Of a stretch of DNA of 64,000 nt, positions 24,766 through 38,654 are shown piece by piece (positions within the stretch are counted from its first letter, which is position 1; every line of letters begins with the position of its first letter). The stretch is taken from the NCBI GenBank assembly GCA_964016885.1, contig OZ024741.1, positions 298,964,001-299,028,000 on the forward strand. The letters are read 5' to 3'. The translations under genes were made by a program, and so were the position numbers. Below the pieces are notes generated by a model. It searched no databases, was not told the origin of the DNA, and saw only the letters and a program-made list of their open reading frames with translations. Origin of the DNA: Eledone cirrhosa. Taxonomy: Eukaryota.

Positions 24766-24961
24766 TGCTTATTTTATTTTATTCTTTGTATGCTTCAGGG
24801 GGATGTTCGGATATTTAAATGTTTACATTTATTTATGTGCCTATCAGTAGTACGACTGTTTTTATTGATCAATCCGTTTTCGTATTTGATAGAGTTTGGT
24901 TGAATGATGGCTCATTCTTATTGCTATCTTGTTGATGATCTACTATTATTACATCATCATA

Positions 24962-25593
24962 TGGTAGTAGATTAGCAGCACTGTTAGAGTGTCAGTGAAA
25001 ATGTTATACGGCATTCGTTTCAGTCCTGTACTTTCTGAGTTCAAATCCAACGTATGTCAACTTTGTCTTTCATCCTTCTGAGGTTGATAAAATAAAGTAC
25101 CAGACAATTGCTGGGGTAAATATTTTTGACGTCTCCTTCCTCACCATATTGTTGGGCTTGTACCCCGATCATAATGCGGGCGGTGGATTGCCAGTATAAG
25201 TAGAGGGTCGGACACCATGCTTTGACGCATAAAGTTACGGCCTTTGCCAATCTGAGTTCAAATCTCACCGAGATTAACTTTGCCTTTCATCCTTACGGAG
25301 TCGATAAAATAAAGTACCAGTAATGCTCTGGTTATTGCTGGCCTTATGCCAAAAGTAGAAACAATTATTATGGTGAGTGCAGTGGATTGGCAGAATCGGT
25401 AGAGCGTCGGACAACATGCTTAGCGTCATGCAGTTACGGCCCTTTACATTCTGAGTTTAAATCCTGTCGAGATTAAATGTGCCTTTCATCGGGGTCGATA
25501 AAATAAATCACCAGCAATGTACTGGGGTCGATTTAATCGACTGTACTCTCCCCTTCAAATTGTTGGCGTTGTGCCTAAAGTATAAACAATTAT
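24962..25593 (+). mobile_element. Three head-to-tail SINE family A copies
   Basis: Copies at about 24962-25168, 25179-25370 and 25378-25593; box A/B-like ggcggtggattggcag...ctgagttcaaatc and the conserved gcctttcatcc..gtcgataaaataaagtacc core. Confidence 0.85.
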
Positions 25594-26887
25594 GTTATGT
25601 TAGCTTATTCATTCTGTCTGCAAGACCGACGGTCAAACAATGCCTAATTGATGGTCATAATTTATAACTTAGCAGACCTAGATAACGTCTTTGAACGCAA
25701 ACCTCTACCCGACGGGCTTCCAAACAGTTAGTCTCCACACAATTCCACTTACAAGACATACGTTCCAAGGCTTTGTCAAATATGCCACGCAATAGGATCA
25801 AACTCTGGACCTATTGATTGTGAAGATAACGACATAAAAAAAATGGGCTTCGTGGCAGCATTCAAAACGTAAGGAGGATAAAACTATCACCGTAATTGAA
25901 CATTCCTACCCGAAGTAAATAAGCTTTTCTTTGTTGGAAATAAACTTAACCAGGTTGAATGATGCTACAATAACAGAAAAGCATCAGACTCAATAATATA
26001 CTGTGATGGTCTATATCACAAAAAACCAAAACAAAAAACGAATTGCTCCTTCTTTAGTCATTAAATTAGTATTATTGATGTGGATTGGTGATCCCATAGA
26101 GACCGTGTCCGATTCAATGAACAAACTTCCAATAAGAATGCCTTGATTATGAATGAACCAAAGCATGGAAAATGATATTCTTCAAAAAGCTAAGGACAAT
26201 AATATCATTTGTAGAGTTAAAATAATATTTATTATTAATAGTGGCTATGTACTTTGAGGCTTACCGATATTGGCTTCTCAAAACATTCTCTTTTGAGGAG
26301 CCAATAGTATCGGAAAACACACACACATTAACATGATTCATTAACATTTGTTAACATATATTCTCAAAAGAGCTACTTAACAATGATGATGCATTAAAAT
26401 GCATTACGGTAACCATTTTGATACCAACTAACCTGGTTTTACGATTTTAAAAGGTACATATTTATAATTAAAAAACTCCATGTTAATTTTATTTAAAACA
26501 TTTTTTTGCTGAATAATGTTCCTAACATCAGCTTCCTAATAGAAAAGCCAGTTACTTCATTATATTTCTCCAATTTGGTTAATACTGTCACAATTAATTG
26601 AAACACATAGGCCGTGTATTTTATTAGAAATGTGGAATAACTGATTTACAAAGTGTTGAGCGAATATAAATTTTGAAAGCATGTTAATTTATTGTAAGCA
26701 GCTAAACCCAGTTTTGACTATAAAATAGTCGAACAATTTGAGCATAAAAGATATAAATACTTCATAAAAAGCCAATTCAATACAATCTTTTGGTACACAT
26801 TTGTGATTTATGCATTAGTTTTTATTGACCATTTTATATTAATTCCTAAAATATAATAATATAGTTATACTAATTTTAAATTAGTAA

Positions 26888-27040
26888 GGAGGTGGATTGG
26901 CAGAATTAGTAGAACGTCGGATAAAATGCCTTTTCGTTATTTATTCTGGCTCTTTACATTCTGTGTTCAAATTCCGTCAAGGTTAATTTAGCCTTTCATC
27001 CTTCCGGTTTCGATAAAATAATGTATCAGTAATGTAGTTG
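26888..27040 (+). mobile_element. SINE family A
   Basis: ggaggtggattggcagaatt...gttcaaattcc...gcctttcatcc. Confidence 0.8.
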
Positions 27041-27201
27041 TGACAGAAACATGTGAACAGAATTGCCTATGGCAATCAGACTTGTTCGACTATTTAATAC
27101 TCAAATCTCAGTTGTCGCAGCTTACAATAATACTTTCAACATTAATGGATATTTTTTTTTTTTTTGCAAAACACAAAATAAATGAAAAGATTGTAACTGA
27201 C

Positions 27202-27311
27202 CGCCATGTTTTTAACAGGAGAGCTCCGTATGATATCGAAAATCCTATTTCTCGAAACCAGAAACGCAGACAACAAGTGATTACCGACGCTTCAAAGTAG
27301 CCCACAATTTG
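27202..27311 (-). CDS. Exon D of GPR158-like GPCR; TM3
   Basis: Polypyrimidine tract plus aag acceptor and gtcagt donor; 110 nt, phase 0-2; QIVGYFEASVITCCLRFWFREIGFSISYGALLLKTW(R), carrying the class C GF...YG.L.LKTWR motif. Confidence 0.92.
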
Positions 27312-27429
27312 CTTTTAAAATTGAGAGAAAAAGAAAAGAAAAAGAAAGAGAGAAGAATTAATAACATTTGATAGAGTTTACAACTGAAAGAAAGAGTTGT
27401 ATAGTATGGAATAGAATAGAACGGACATC

Positions 27430-27910
27430 CATCGGTTTTGCCGATGAGTGTTCCATTTGTTCAATCAACGGAACAAATTGCTCGTGAAATTTACGTACAA
27501 GTGGCTGCGCATTCTACATGACGAGTGAGCATAACATTATTACGGTGGATTGGCAGTAACGGTAGAGCGTCGGACACATGCTTTGACACATAGAGTTACG
27601 GCCCTTGCCATTCTGAGTTCAAATCCCACCGAGGTTAACTTTGCATTTCATCCTTACAGGGTCGATAAAATAAAGTACCAGTAATGTACTGGGTGATTGC
27701 TGGCCTTGTGCCAAAAGTAGAAACAATTATTGCGGGTTCAATCCATCCGACGGGTTTCTAAACAATCTCAGTCTTCTCAATTTTACTTATAAGGCACGAG
27801 TCGACTCAAAGTTATAGTAAATAACGCTTACACATGATGCCACACAGTTGGATTGAACATGGACCCAAATAATTGCGTAACAGACTCCTTAAACATTCAA
27901 CCATACTGCG
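27430..27910. mobile_element. SINE family A (27542-27731, +) nested in SINE family B (-)
   Basis: SINE A flanked by attattacgg/attattgcgg; flanks match family B segments. Confidence 0.7.
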
Positions 27911-28195
27911 ACAATGCTTTATTGCGTAGTAGAGAGTTGACGTAACGTTTTGATATTTTATGTGATCAATTGTACGATCGACCAGAGCTAACTGGATTAC
28001 ACATAGAGCTCTATAAAGATATTTAGATATAGTAGTGGATAATGTTTCCATCGATCAATGTATGATTTACTGTATTCAAAGATTATACCTTTTTATATGC
28101 ACGCACGTACACATGCATAGCATATAGACTCGCGCACAAACATACTTTTACATTAGATAAAACGCATGCAAATGCATATCTATTATTATATGTAA

Positions 28196-28253
<58 letters not shown>

Positions 28254-28509
28254 GTATATGTATGTTTAGACTTTTGTCTAGTGAGTGAGCAAGTTTACAT
28301 GTGAATACACAACTTGCATGTAATCAGCATATAACGTCACACATTGTACATCATAGGTTTTATCTGTATGTCGATTACAGAATTGAAAAATAGACATGGA
28401 ATAAACCGAATTTTACAGTTGGTTAATTCATGGATCTCAAACATCATCCAAAATTGATTATAGATATTGATAAAAGTTCTACTCAACGGATAGTCTGAAT
28501 AGATTAAAG

Positions 28510-29020
28510 ATTGGCATGGAATGAACCCATCGATCACGGCGTTGAGGTTTCCAACGGTTCAATCCAGGAAACAGCCTGCGAGTGAAATTAACGTGAAAGT
28601 GACTGAGCATTCCACATATATGTGTAATCTTAATGTTATAATGTGCAACATGGCTGGTCTTTGAATCGTGTGTAATGTTCGGTCCAACCGACATGCTTCC
28701 TAACAATTGCTGTCTACCCAATTTCACTCACAAGGCATGAGTCTATCAAGTCTATGTTAAATAACATTTGTGACGTGTACCCTTAATGTATTTTTCAAGG
28801 AGATTCCGTGTGACACAGTGTGTTACAAGGCTGGCCAGTTGAATATCTTGTCAAGTCTAGTTCATTCTACGAACTAACAGAGTTTCCGTTACCTCAATTT
28901 CATTCCCAAAGTAGAGGTCGACACGAAGCTATAATAAATGATAAAATGTTAGGTTCGTGGGATCGAACCAAGGAAGTAATGATTAAGAACCAAACTTCTT
29001 ACCCATTAGAACATGGCGCA
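28510..29020 (-). mobile_element. Degenerate SINE family B copies
   Basis: Two partially repeated units with gtgaaattaacgtg..gtgactgagcattccaca and caatttcactcacaaggc. Confidence 0.55.
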
Positions 29021-29411
29021 TTCACTGATATTGATAAAAGTTATGCTCAACTGACGAACTGAATAGATTAATTTTTGGCATAATAAGACAAGGAAATTAG
29101 TGATTTCCCTTTCTCCTGCATATTTTATCGGTTTTTACGGTTTACTGCTATATATTTAAAAAAAAAACACTTTTATCTTTCTACAAAGGACAAATTCTCT
29201 TTCAAATACAATTGTGCTCGCAGATATGGTATGATCCAACATAAATATTCACGAATTTATAGTATTAGTTGTAGCAAAAATATGCATTACTACCTGACAG
29301 GTGATTCAAGCACATTGCTTGAACAACCGTTCAATTGGAGTTTTCTCTTCTTCCCCTCCCCTTCTTCTTCTCCTTCTCCTTCTACTACTACTACTACTAC
29401 TACTACTGTGA

Positions 29412-29710
29412 ATGCAGCCTGGCCGAATGGTTAAGAAGTTCGTTTCGCAGTCATTAGATTTCAAGTTTGATTCCACTGCATCTTGAATAAGTTGCCTTAT
29501 ACGTAAACTTGGGTAGACGGAAATATTGGACAGACTGTTGGGTGGACTGTACCTGTATTTTAAAGGATCAGTCTGCCACACAGTCCTACGCTGAATCTAT
29601 CCGAGAACTGTGCTAAGGGTACACGTGTCTATAGTATGCTCAGTAACACGTTAATTTCAAGACGAGGCTGAACACAAGGAACAATTATTGTCGAAACTGA
29701 CGGAGATCAA
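29412..29710 (+). mobile_element. tRNA-derived SINE family B with (CTA)n on both sides
   Basis: tggccgaatggttaagaagtt...caagtttgattcc tRNA-like head; body shared with 39275-39560 and 60281-60520. Confidence 0.65.
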
Positions 29711-29719
29711 TTATTGCCG

Positions 29720-29771
<52 letters not shown>

Positions 29772-30067
29772 GGCTGTAGTAGTACCAATCACCAGGTACA
29801 TCTCTATCAAATGCCTTGATATGTTAGAAATACAGACAGATCTCGTTGAAATCAGGGCGGCCTACAATCTGAATGGCAATTTGGATAAAATAATCGAGTT
29901 TCGTTAAGTTTCACATGTTTACATAACATTCATTGTTATATCTTTATCACAAGCTGTCAATAGGACGCCATACATTACCCACTGGAAAGGAGACCTGTAA
30001 AAATTTATGTCAAAGGCACAAACATTTAAACTATATTTGTACTTTTCAAGCCTACTAGCGTAAAGAA

Positions 30068-31830
30068 ATGGCTGCGACACAAAGGTCGATAGTGATGCCA
30101 CCATCAACAACACTGTTACCACTACCACCACTACAGACAGCAAACACACCGTCACTATCAACATCAACAAGAACAACAACAAAAGTAACAACGGTACGTC
30201 AACGAAAACAGCAGAAGCAACAACAAATACAACAACGGAAACAACAACCCCGACAACAACAACAACAACGACAAGAGCAGCTGCAGCAATAGCAACAGCA
30301 ACGTCAACAACAACAATAGCAGTAAAAACAACGGCAAAGACATCAACAGCAGCAGAAACAATATCAACGACAACAATAGCAAGAACAATAACAAGAACAA
30401 AATCACATTCGCAGCTACGGCTGAGGAAAGAAGGGAACTGTTCAACAAAGACTTGAGTATGAAGGAAGAACGCTTGGCTCAGACAGAAAACCTGAGCCAA
30501 CATAAATTTTTGCTTGAGGTGCTGGCAGCAACACAAAGAAAAACTCTCATATAGAGATGCCTTAGTATTAAGTCAAAAAAGCCGGCGCTGGTTTCCCCAT
30601 CCCTGATGGAAGGAGCTCTGAATGGCTTAATGCCAGACATTTGACACGTAGCAAAGGCCAATCAGTTTGCAAGCATCTCGGGACTCTTCAGTAAGGAGGC
30701 CCTTGCAAAAAGATACTCTGAGGTCCCCTGCAAAGTGAATCAATATATTTTGTTTCCTCTCTCACATAAGAAGATGTACACTTATGATCCGCATTGCTGG
30801 GAAGCCGTCAGAAATTGACATCTGGCGGATATTAGCATACATAGTTATAGAGGAAAGCGATGTAAAGAGGACCCTGGAAGCGAATTCGTCTGGGATCAGT
30901 CTGGAGATACGCCGGATTAAAGCAGAGAAGATTCAAAATATCCTAGACAAGTTTACCTTCCTGGTGGCGTGTAGCTAAGAGTAATAAATGAGAGCAAAAT
31001 GCACCGCTCTCATGTTTGCGGGAAAACCGGGCATTTAAGAGCTTTTTTCCTCCACACCAGGCCCTCAACAGCGATAACAACAAACAACAAACAACAACAG
31101 AAACTGCGGCACCAACAACACCAGCTGCAGCAGCCAAGACAGCACCAAGACCAACAACTTTACCAGCAGCAGCAGGGACTGAACCACCACCTCCACCACC
31201 AAAAACAACAGACTCCAACAACACCACCCAAGAGGTACGTTAAAAAAAGCTCTCTGTCTCCCTCTCTCCGTCACCTTTCAACACAAAAGCACCCATAGAC
31301 ACTCACAAATACACAAACACACTCCCATTAACAGCTGAAAGTGACATCGAGACCTTCTCATCTCGATGAGGGGGAACCCCAAAAGCACCCCCCCCCCCCC
31401 CAAAAAAAAAATGTAAAACGCAAAGGAAACACTACTCTCCCACCCACAGTCATAAATAACACTACCACAGATAGTACCATCATCATTAACACTACTGGAA
31501 CTAGCATTACCACAACCAACACAACCGCCACAACCACTACCACCGCAACCACCACAGCCACCACAACCGACACCAACACAACTACAACCACCATCACCAC
31601 AACTAACGCCGTCAAGATTAATACTACTGTAACTAACATCACAACCTCCACTACTACCACCGCAACTAACGCCGTTACCACTGACATTACTCTAACATCA
31701 CAAACGCCACCAAGACAATCAACTCCATCATAACCGCCACGACCATTACAACCAACACCATCACAACGACCACCAAAACAACTAACAGTATCGTAACTAA
31801 CAGTACCACAACCACCACCACCATCACCAC
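30068..31830 (+). pseudogene. Degenerate ORF1 relic of a Tx1-like LINE with (CAA/ACC)-rich expansions
   Basis: TFAATAEERRELFNKDLSMKEERLAQ and SHVCGKTGHLRAFF parallel TFAAVAAAKKRPCYSIDLTNREEKLAQ and CFLCGETTHLRAFC of ORF1 at 49972. Confidence 0.65.
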
Positions 31831-32648
31831 CAGAATAACTTTGTTAAGTACTGTATACAAAACCCACCGATGAATACAATTCTGATAATACTCAAGTATA
31901 CTCTACTCCTAGGTAGCATACTATCCTATGGAGACGAATTTTCAATAAACATTATAACTGTCATAACTTTGATAAGTTTCGGCCAGTATTAGGCCCAGGC
32001 CATGTCTAACTTAATAGCACCACCTGGCGAAATCTTTTAAATTATGATTTGGACCCAGGCTCACTCAAGCAGAGAGATTATGTTTTCGGAGACATATCCG
32101 AGTGTAGGAGGATTATCCAGGGATTTTTCTGGAAGAATTTGTCCAAAGACCTTTTGAATTTTATGGAATCTGTTTATGCTTTTATTTGTTTTGGTGTAAT
32201 GATAAAGAAAGCATCTTTTTTCAGAAAATCCTCATACATTAAAGATTGCATACCAGATACTTTCCATGAAATGTTCTAATGTGACACCTATTATTCTGCA
32301 GCTTCGTTTATTGGGTATATATTATACTTTCCCATTTTTCTTGAATAACGTGGAATAATAATCTCATAGAAAAAAAAAACAGAAATAAAAACCAAAAAAA
32401 CCAACAAAACCACAGAGGCATAAACCATTAATTTAGTTTATATTAGTTATTGGTAAGTAGTTTTTGTTTTCTATTTTCAGTTTTTTTTAACTCTGGGAAA
32501 CAGGAATGCAGAATAAGAGAATATTTGGCTGCAATAGTTGATGGCTTGCTATGTCTTCTATATAGGTAATCAATATTTTTATCCAGACGTCTATGTATAT
32601 GCAATTGTTAAAGTGGAATATAGAAGAAATATTTGCATAAATACTTAC

Positions 32649-32717
32649 GGGACAATATAAGAAAAATGCTCCGAGAAGAATAATCCGCATCAATAGCGGA
32701 CTAGATGCTTTAAGAAC
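32649..32717 (-). CDS. Exon C of GPR158-like GPCR; TM2
   Basis: Long polypyrimidine tract plus cag acceptor and gtaagt donor; 69 nt, phase 0-0; VLKASSPLLMRIILLGAFFLYCP. Confidence 0.9.
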
Positions 32718-32906
32718 CTGCAAAATAAAAAAAATAAAAAAAATTAGTGATGAGAGAAAAAATAAAGAAACAACAAAAACAAGTCATCAGAATATTTTCT
32801 ATGCAATTGCCTCGTTGTTTGCTGCAAAAACTGCATACAAACAATAGCCCCTACAATAACAACAACAACGATAAGAATAAAATATTCAAATATCGATGAT
32901 AAAATA

Positions 32907-33690
32907 ATAATTCTTTCTACTTTTGGCACAAGGCCAGCAATTAACCGGTACATTAGTGGTACTTTATTTTATTGACCCCCGTAAGGATGAAAGGCAAAGT
33001 TAACCTCGGCGGGATTTGAACTCAGACCGTAAAGGGACGTAACTCTATGCTGCAAAGCATGGCGTCCGACCCTCTACTGATACTGCCAATCCACCGCCAA
33101 TCCACAAAATAATAATGATCTCTAATATAAACACCAAGCTAGTCATTTATGAGATGGGAAAGTCGATCAAATGGACCTCAATTCTTGACAGATACTTTAT
33201 TTTATCGATTCCAGAAGGACGAAAGGCAAAGTAGACCTTGACGCGATTTGAAACTCAGAATGCAAAGAGCCGGAAGAAATACCATTAGGCATTTTGTCCG
33301 GCGCTCTAGCGATTCTGCCAACTTACAACTCTCATATAACAAAATAATAATGATTCCTAACATTGAGCCAAGATTGCATATTTCACAGAGGGGCGGGCTA
33401 GAGAAGTGCATTGATTAAATCGAATACGTTATATAAACTGGTATTGATAGCATTGTCGACTCTGGAAGGCAAAATCAACTCCAGTGAAATTTAAATCCAG
33501 GACATAATGGAATGTAATTAATTACCTGTTTAATGACATCCACTTCCTCCAATAATACTGTTTTTTTAACATAAGTAGAACACTACCCACTTTTACGAAA
33601 GGAACATTCGATTAAATTGCTCCTACGTGTAATATCAATATTACCAATATCGTGGGAAGTAAAAAGGCAAATTTGACTTTAAAATGATTT
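32907..33690 (-). mobile_element. Chain of about four SINE family A copies of increasing divergence
   Basis: Young copy at 32907-33098 followed by older copies at about 33110-33330, 33345-33520 and 33560-33690. Confidence 0.75.
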
Positions 33691-33703
33691 GAACACAGAA
33701 CAT

Positions 33704-33960
33704 ATGAGATTGGGGAATACTTTGTCAGAAGCATTCAGAACACTGCAGCAAGTGTACGGAGATGAGACGATGTCACGCTCAGGGGTTTTCGAGTAGCAGA
33801 ACAGGTTCAAAGGGTGAAGCGATGGCGTGGACGATGATGCCAGGGAAGGAAGGCCGTCAACAAGCAGGACTGAGGCCAACGTTGAGTGTTTGAGGCAGGT
33901 GGTGCGTGGTGATCCTTCACTGATCAGAGGTGATCTGGGCATGAACAGCGATAGTATCAT
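33704..33960 (+). mobile_element. Mariner transposase N-terminal HTH fragment (pseudogene)
   Basis: MRLGNTLSEAFRTLQQVYGDETMSRSGVFE*QNRFKG*SDGVDDDAREGRPSTSRTEANVECLRQVVRGD; GRP motif; internal stops. Confidence 0.8.
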
Positions 33961-36064
33961 AATTGGGTGGTGATCTTGATTGCCACACAGAGCATACCAC
34001 GTTTCGTATAAGAGGCAATTAATGATTTATTACTTTAGCGAAATATTAGACTATATACTTGTAGAACAGAGGAAGAAGTGTCATTCGAATATATGTCAGT
34101 GTAATAGTAAATTGGGACATACAAAGAAGAATTTAGGTGATAGAATCTACAGGCCTATATCTCTGTTCAAGGCAATACACACTTTCTCTTCAAGCTACAT
34201 ACTCGAAGAAAGAGATCGCAAAGAATGTAATTGGCAAACCTTTGTTAACCTCTCCCACGAGTCTTGTAAACACGAATTTTACATTATATCTAATCTATTG
34301 GATTACAATGAAAATATGTAGAATAATCTTCGACGGACCTGTAAGCCATTTAAATATTTGTAATCCACCAAACAAGTCATTCATTTAGATTTGTTTTTTA
34401 GTAGAAAACCGTTAGTGGTAAAGAAATAAAGCCCCCCTCACAGATGTACAGATTCATAGAACTGTTGACAAAATGGTTTAATGTATTATCTAACGTCATT
34501 AGCAGCAATTGTTAACCCCCATTACTCCTATTGTTATATGCAAATGTTAATGTTTGTGTTCTTTATTATTTGGAAAGTGATGTTATCTGAAATTAAAGCA
34601 ATTATATCATTAAAACACGTGAAATGTTATGTTCATCTTTTTATTTATTGCGTGGTGTTCGAATCTTCGTCATACCTCTGTGACCTGGTCACTGACCACG
34701 AAACTAGTGAAAGGTAAATATAACAGTTTTTGTTATATTTGTTTGAAATCCCTAACTATAAATTCTTTATATAGTTGGCACGTTTTCATTACTTGCAACA
34801 CTGAGTGGGAATGTTCATATGGTCTTATTAAAGACAATAAAACGATGCCTCAATACTCAATCTCTAACCACGCTCTCCTATTTGCCTAAAATAACCTTTA
34901 ATATTAAATACAATTCTTTTATTCCGAATAGTCATTGGGCCATTCTAGTGATCATTTTTTACAGGCATAATATAACGAATACGTCATTGTCTAAAGACAG
35001 TTTGCTGAGATGTGAGAAAGATGTTGCTTCTATTTGCTTTAGGTGGAGTGAGCGCATAACGACGCCTTCCTGAGCTCTTTACACCATGACATTAACCACA
35101 CCTGGCCAGGTATATATCTTACAACAACAAGAACAACTACTGCTACTACTGCTACTACTACTACTGCTACTGCTACTACTACTACTAGCAAATAGACTTT
35201 TGCCGAATATGATGGATAGCGATAATTCCACAATGCCAAAAGCTAGAGTAAGTTATAGCTGAAAGTTAGCATGTATTTGGTGTCACTTGAATATACACAA
35301 TGATCGAGTGGATAAGATTGTCAGTCTCTCTACTGAAGAAGTGCACAGTTTCGCCTTTGAAATTAATCTCTGAATTATACATCGTCTAATGAAGGTATAT
35401 ATGTAGTTCCTAAAGACAAAGAATAACGCCTACAGCGAGATATATAACAAGGTACTTAAGCATGACATTATCTATATCAATATAATAGATCAGTTGAATC
35501 TGAAATTCTACTTTAACCATTTCATTTCATTAATATCACTTATACCCTTAACATACTATACACACCTTCAATCACTTTAATCTAAATCAAATTTAGATTT
35601 CATATCAATTGACGATATAATCATTTCTAACGAACGAAGTTAACATTGCTTTTCATATATCCAGTATCGATAAATACCCGCCGATTAAATTGATTGTTAA
35701 AATTAATTAAACGGCAGTGGATAATATATTTAGTAGAACGCCGGAAAAATTCATTCCATTTCTTAATTAAGAAGTCTGATTAAAAATATATCAGTATTTG
35801 TTCCGGCTCACTACACTCTGAGTTCAAATCTGCTCGAGGTCAACTTTGCCTTTCAAACTTTCGAGTTTGGTAAATAAAATACCAGTCCACTACTGCGATC
35901 AATTTTTCCTCTTTCACTCTATGTCTCCTTCTCTGGAATGCGTTTTGCCAGGTTTTAAATGCCCAACACATACCGTGTGACATGAGGGTGCCTTTACAAC
36001 TTCATTAGAAGTTAAGGGTAATTTATCTAAAATCTAATTAATTCAGGCAATTATTTACGTTCTG

Positions 36065-36277
36065 CAGACCTGCCAACCTCTAAAAGCCCAAACGGGGAGT
36101 ACAATGAAAAAGTGAGCCCCCAAAACGGGGAGAAATGAGGCAAAATGGGGAAATTTTACATAATGAAAGCTGTACCCATTTTACATAATGAAAGTTATTC
36201 ACAAGAGAAGACATACCTTACCCACCACAAATTGGTGGCGGATCTTCCCGTCGGATGGGGGAGAATTGACAAGTTTG
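36065..36277. mobile_element. Probable hAT-type MITE
   Basis: Begins cagacctgccaac and ends attgacaagtttg (degenerate TIR); subterminal aacggggag repeats. Confidence 0.45.
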
Positions 36278-37171
36278 GTTTTGAGTCCTGAACCCACGAA
36301 GATACACGTTAGTTTCATTCCTCCAGTATTGTCGGTAATCTACTACTTTCCTACACACATGTGGCCTTGCATCAATGTACTAACGTATTATTTTAAGTTT
36401 CTCTTATTCGGATTTGCCTGAATGCACAATATAGTTAAGGAAGCAAAATATCTGATAACTTATTTTGAGAAGTGTAATGTATGTTCGGCTAATTTACTCT
36501 ATTTTAAACAGAAGCCATAGTATCCACTTAATAATCAAATATACACTCAATAAATTAATCATTTAATTTAATCAGAAAATTTTAGTTTGTTCTTTGTTTT
36601 ATTTTTTCTTCTATCATTTGTTTTTCCAAGTGGAATATTGATTAAGTCTAAAGTCAGTATTAAAAGAAAGAAGTAAATATTTTCTTTTTCGCTGATTTGT
36701 TAGTATTAGACAGCTGACTTTAGGTTTCATTAATGTGGATGCCGATGCTTTCCTTAATCGTATTGTCTATTAGATATTAAGCCAACGATTGTTTCTCTTC
36801 AGTTTCTACTTTACTTATTAAACAGCTACAATCTTACACGGCGTGTCATAACTGCTGGCATTACGAAACTGGAAGTACAAAATAGGCTGAGATAAACATC
36901 GTGTTTGATTTACATGATATAACCTTGCCATCCAAATCAGTTAGAATGGAAGTTTTGTCAAATGTTTGAATTGTTTCTCAACTTTCAGGTTAACCAACGT
37001 GAAATCATTTCTTATTGGATAAGAAATAGGTATCGACTTTTAAGTTGAAAGAACTACGCATAGATGTATAGACTCGTAACTTCTAATCGAATCGTAGGGG
37101 CATAGTCGTGACATGCGGCGTGTCTTGGACATCTGACCTTTTCCAGGTTAGAACAGAGACGAGATAAGAGA

Positions 37172-37211
<40 letters not shown>

Positions 37212-38459
37212 ATCAATCTCAGTATTGGACTGGTACCATTTTATCGACCCCCAAAGGATGAAAGGCAAAGTTGACCTCAGTGGGTTTTTCAATTCGGCAC
37301 GCAGAATTGACCTCGAACATACTCTAGTCTATCCATGTTGAATCACAGATACATATTTCATTGGAATTAAATGGATGGAAAGTAGCCAGACTTCAGAACC
37401 GTAAGACAAAATATCTGCTTTATTTCTTTTCAGCTACAGATTTGCCAGCTACACAGTATCACATGTTGTCATCTGTGTTTCCTTGTATCGGAGAAAGAAA
37501 AATAGTACCAACTTGAAATTGTCTAACTCAACGAAGGTATGTTCAGATATTGTTAAACATTCTTACGTTCAAACGAAATTATATCGATCGTTTTATCCAG
37601 GCGGCACTATCAACAATATCACGACAGCCTCTTGGCAATTAAGAATAAGCACGCTTTTTTATATAATGAAAAGTAGTGGAATTTATTTCCGTCAGTTTCG
37701 ATGACGATCGTTCTCGTTGTTCGATCAATGGAACAGCTCGCTCATGAAAATAACGTGTAAGCTGAGCCGTCCCCAGACAAGTGCATATTTAACATAATAC
37801 TAAAAGTGACTAAGAGTGTTATAGTGTTACAGCCAATCCTTTGAATAACTGGTACGGTCCATCCAACGGACTTTCAAACAGTTCCCAATTTCCCTTACAA
37901 GGCTTAGTTGGACCCGAGATTATAGTAAATTGCACCTATTCAATAATGTCATGCAGTGGAATCAAACCAGAGGCCTAATGATTGCTAATCGATTGCTAAT
38001 GATTGCTACGTTCACAAAATGGAATGTAATATGACCTTTCTGAAGGACGGTCATTGTCTGGATGAATACAATAGAGTGGTTTTATGTTATCATATCAAGG
38101 TAGCATTAAGTGCCAATATAAAATAATTGAGGAGGCGGATATTCCTAAAATTGCAGCTTATAATGCTTTTCCCTTTTTGCATGCAGAGTATCATATAGCC
38201 AAGGATTTTGTCTTCACGCCCACCCCATTCCATAAAGTCTGCTTATGTTTTTCCGTTCTTTTTCTGCTTTTTCTTCTCTAGCTTTGTCATTGATGATATT
38301 GCATACAAACCTTTCTTTTTAGAATTAATAATTCTAAGCGAACATTAATAATTTTTGTCTATTATTTTAACAAATCACTAAATATTTAAAAATACACCTA
38401 TACGTTAACATTACAATAAACATTCAAAGTATAATTTATCATTGAAAAGATACTCTTAC

Positions 38460-38654
38460 CTTAACCTCTCGGTATTGTACCGTGAACCAGATTAATATTG
38501 GAATACAGCACATGATTAACCCTGCAATTCCCAGAACAATGCTTCTCAGAATCCAGTTAAGTGCTAAAATACACGGACTTCCGTCTTCACATGTCTCGCA
38601 GCCTGGTGCACAGGGAAGGCATGCGAAACTGCTGTAATAATTGTTTGATTCCTT
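38460..38654 (-). CDS. Exon B of GPR158-like GPCR; Cys-rich stalk plus TM1
   Basis: Acceptor ttattaacag and donor gtaaga; 195 nt, phase 0-0; KESNNYYSSFACLPCAPGCETCEDGSPCILALNWILRSIVLGIAGLIMCCIPILIWFTVQYREVK. Confidence 0.92.

Noticed and set aside
25179-25270. tRNA genes suggested by box A/box B motifs
   Set aside because: These are tRNA-derived SINE heads with no cloverleaf, followed by SINE body and tail
29919-31733. Hydrophobic or mucin-like ORFs (poly-V/L/T/Q)
   Set aside because: Alternative-frame readings of CAA/ACC repeats in the LINE ORF1 relic
32481-32565. Plus-strand exon-like segment (ttttcag...tatag|gtaat)
   Set aside because: No recognisable peptide or partner exons; splice-like signals are common by chance here
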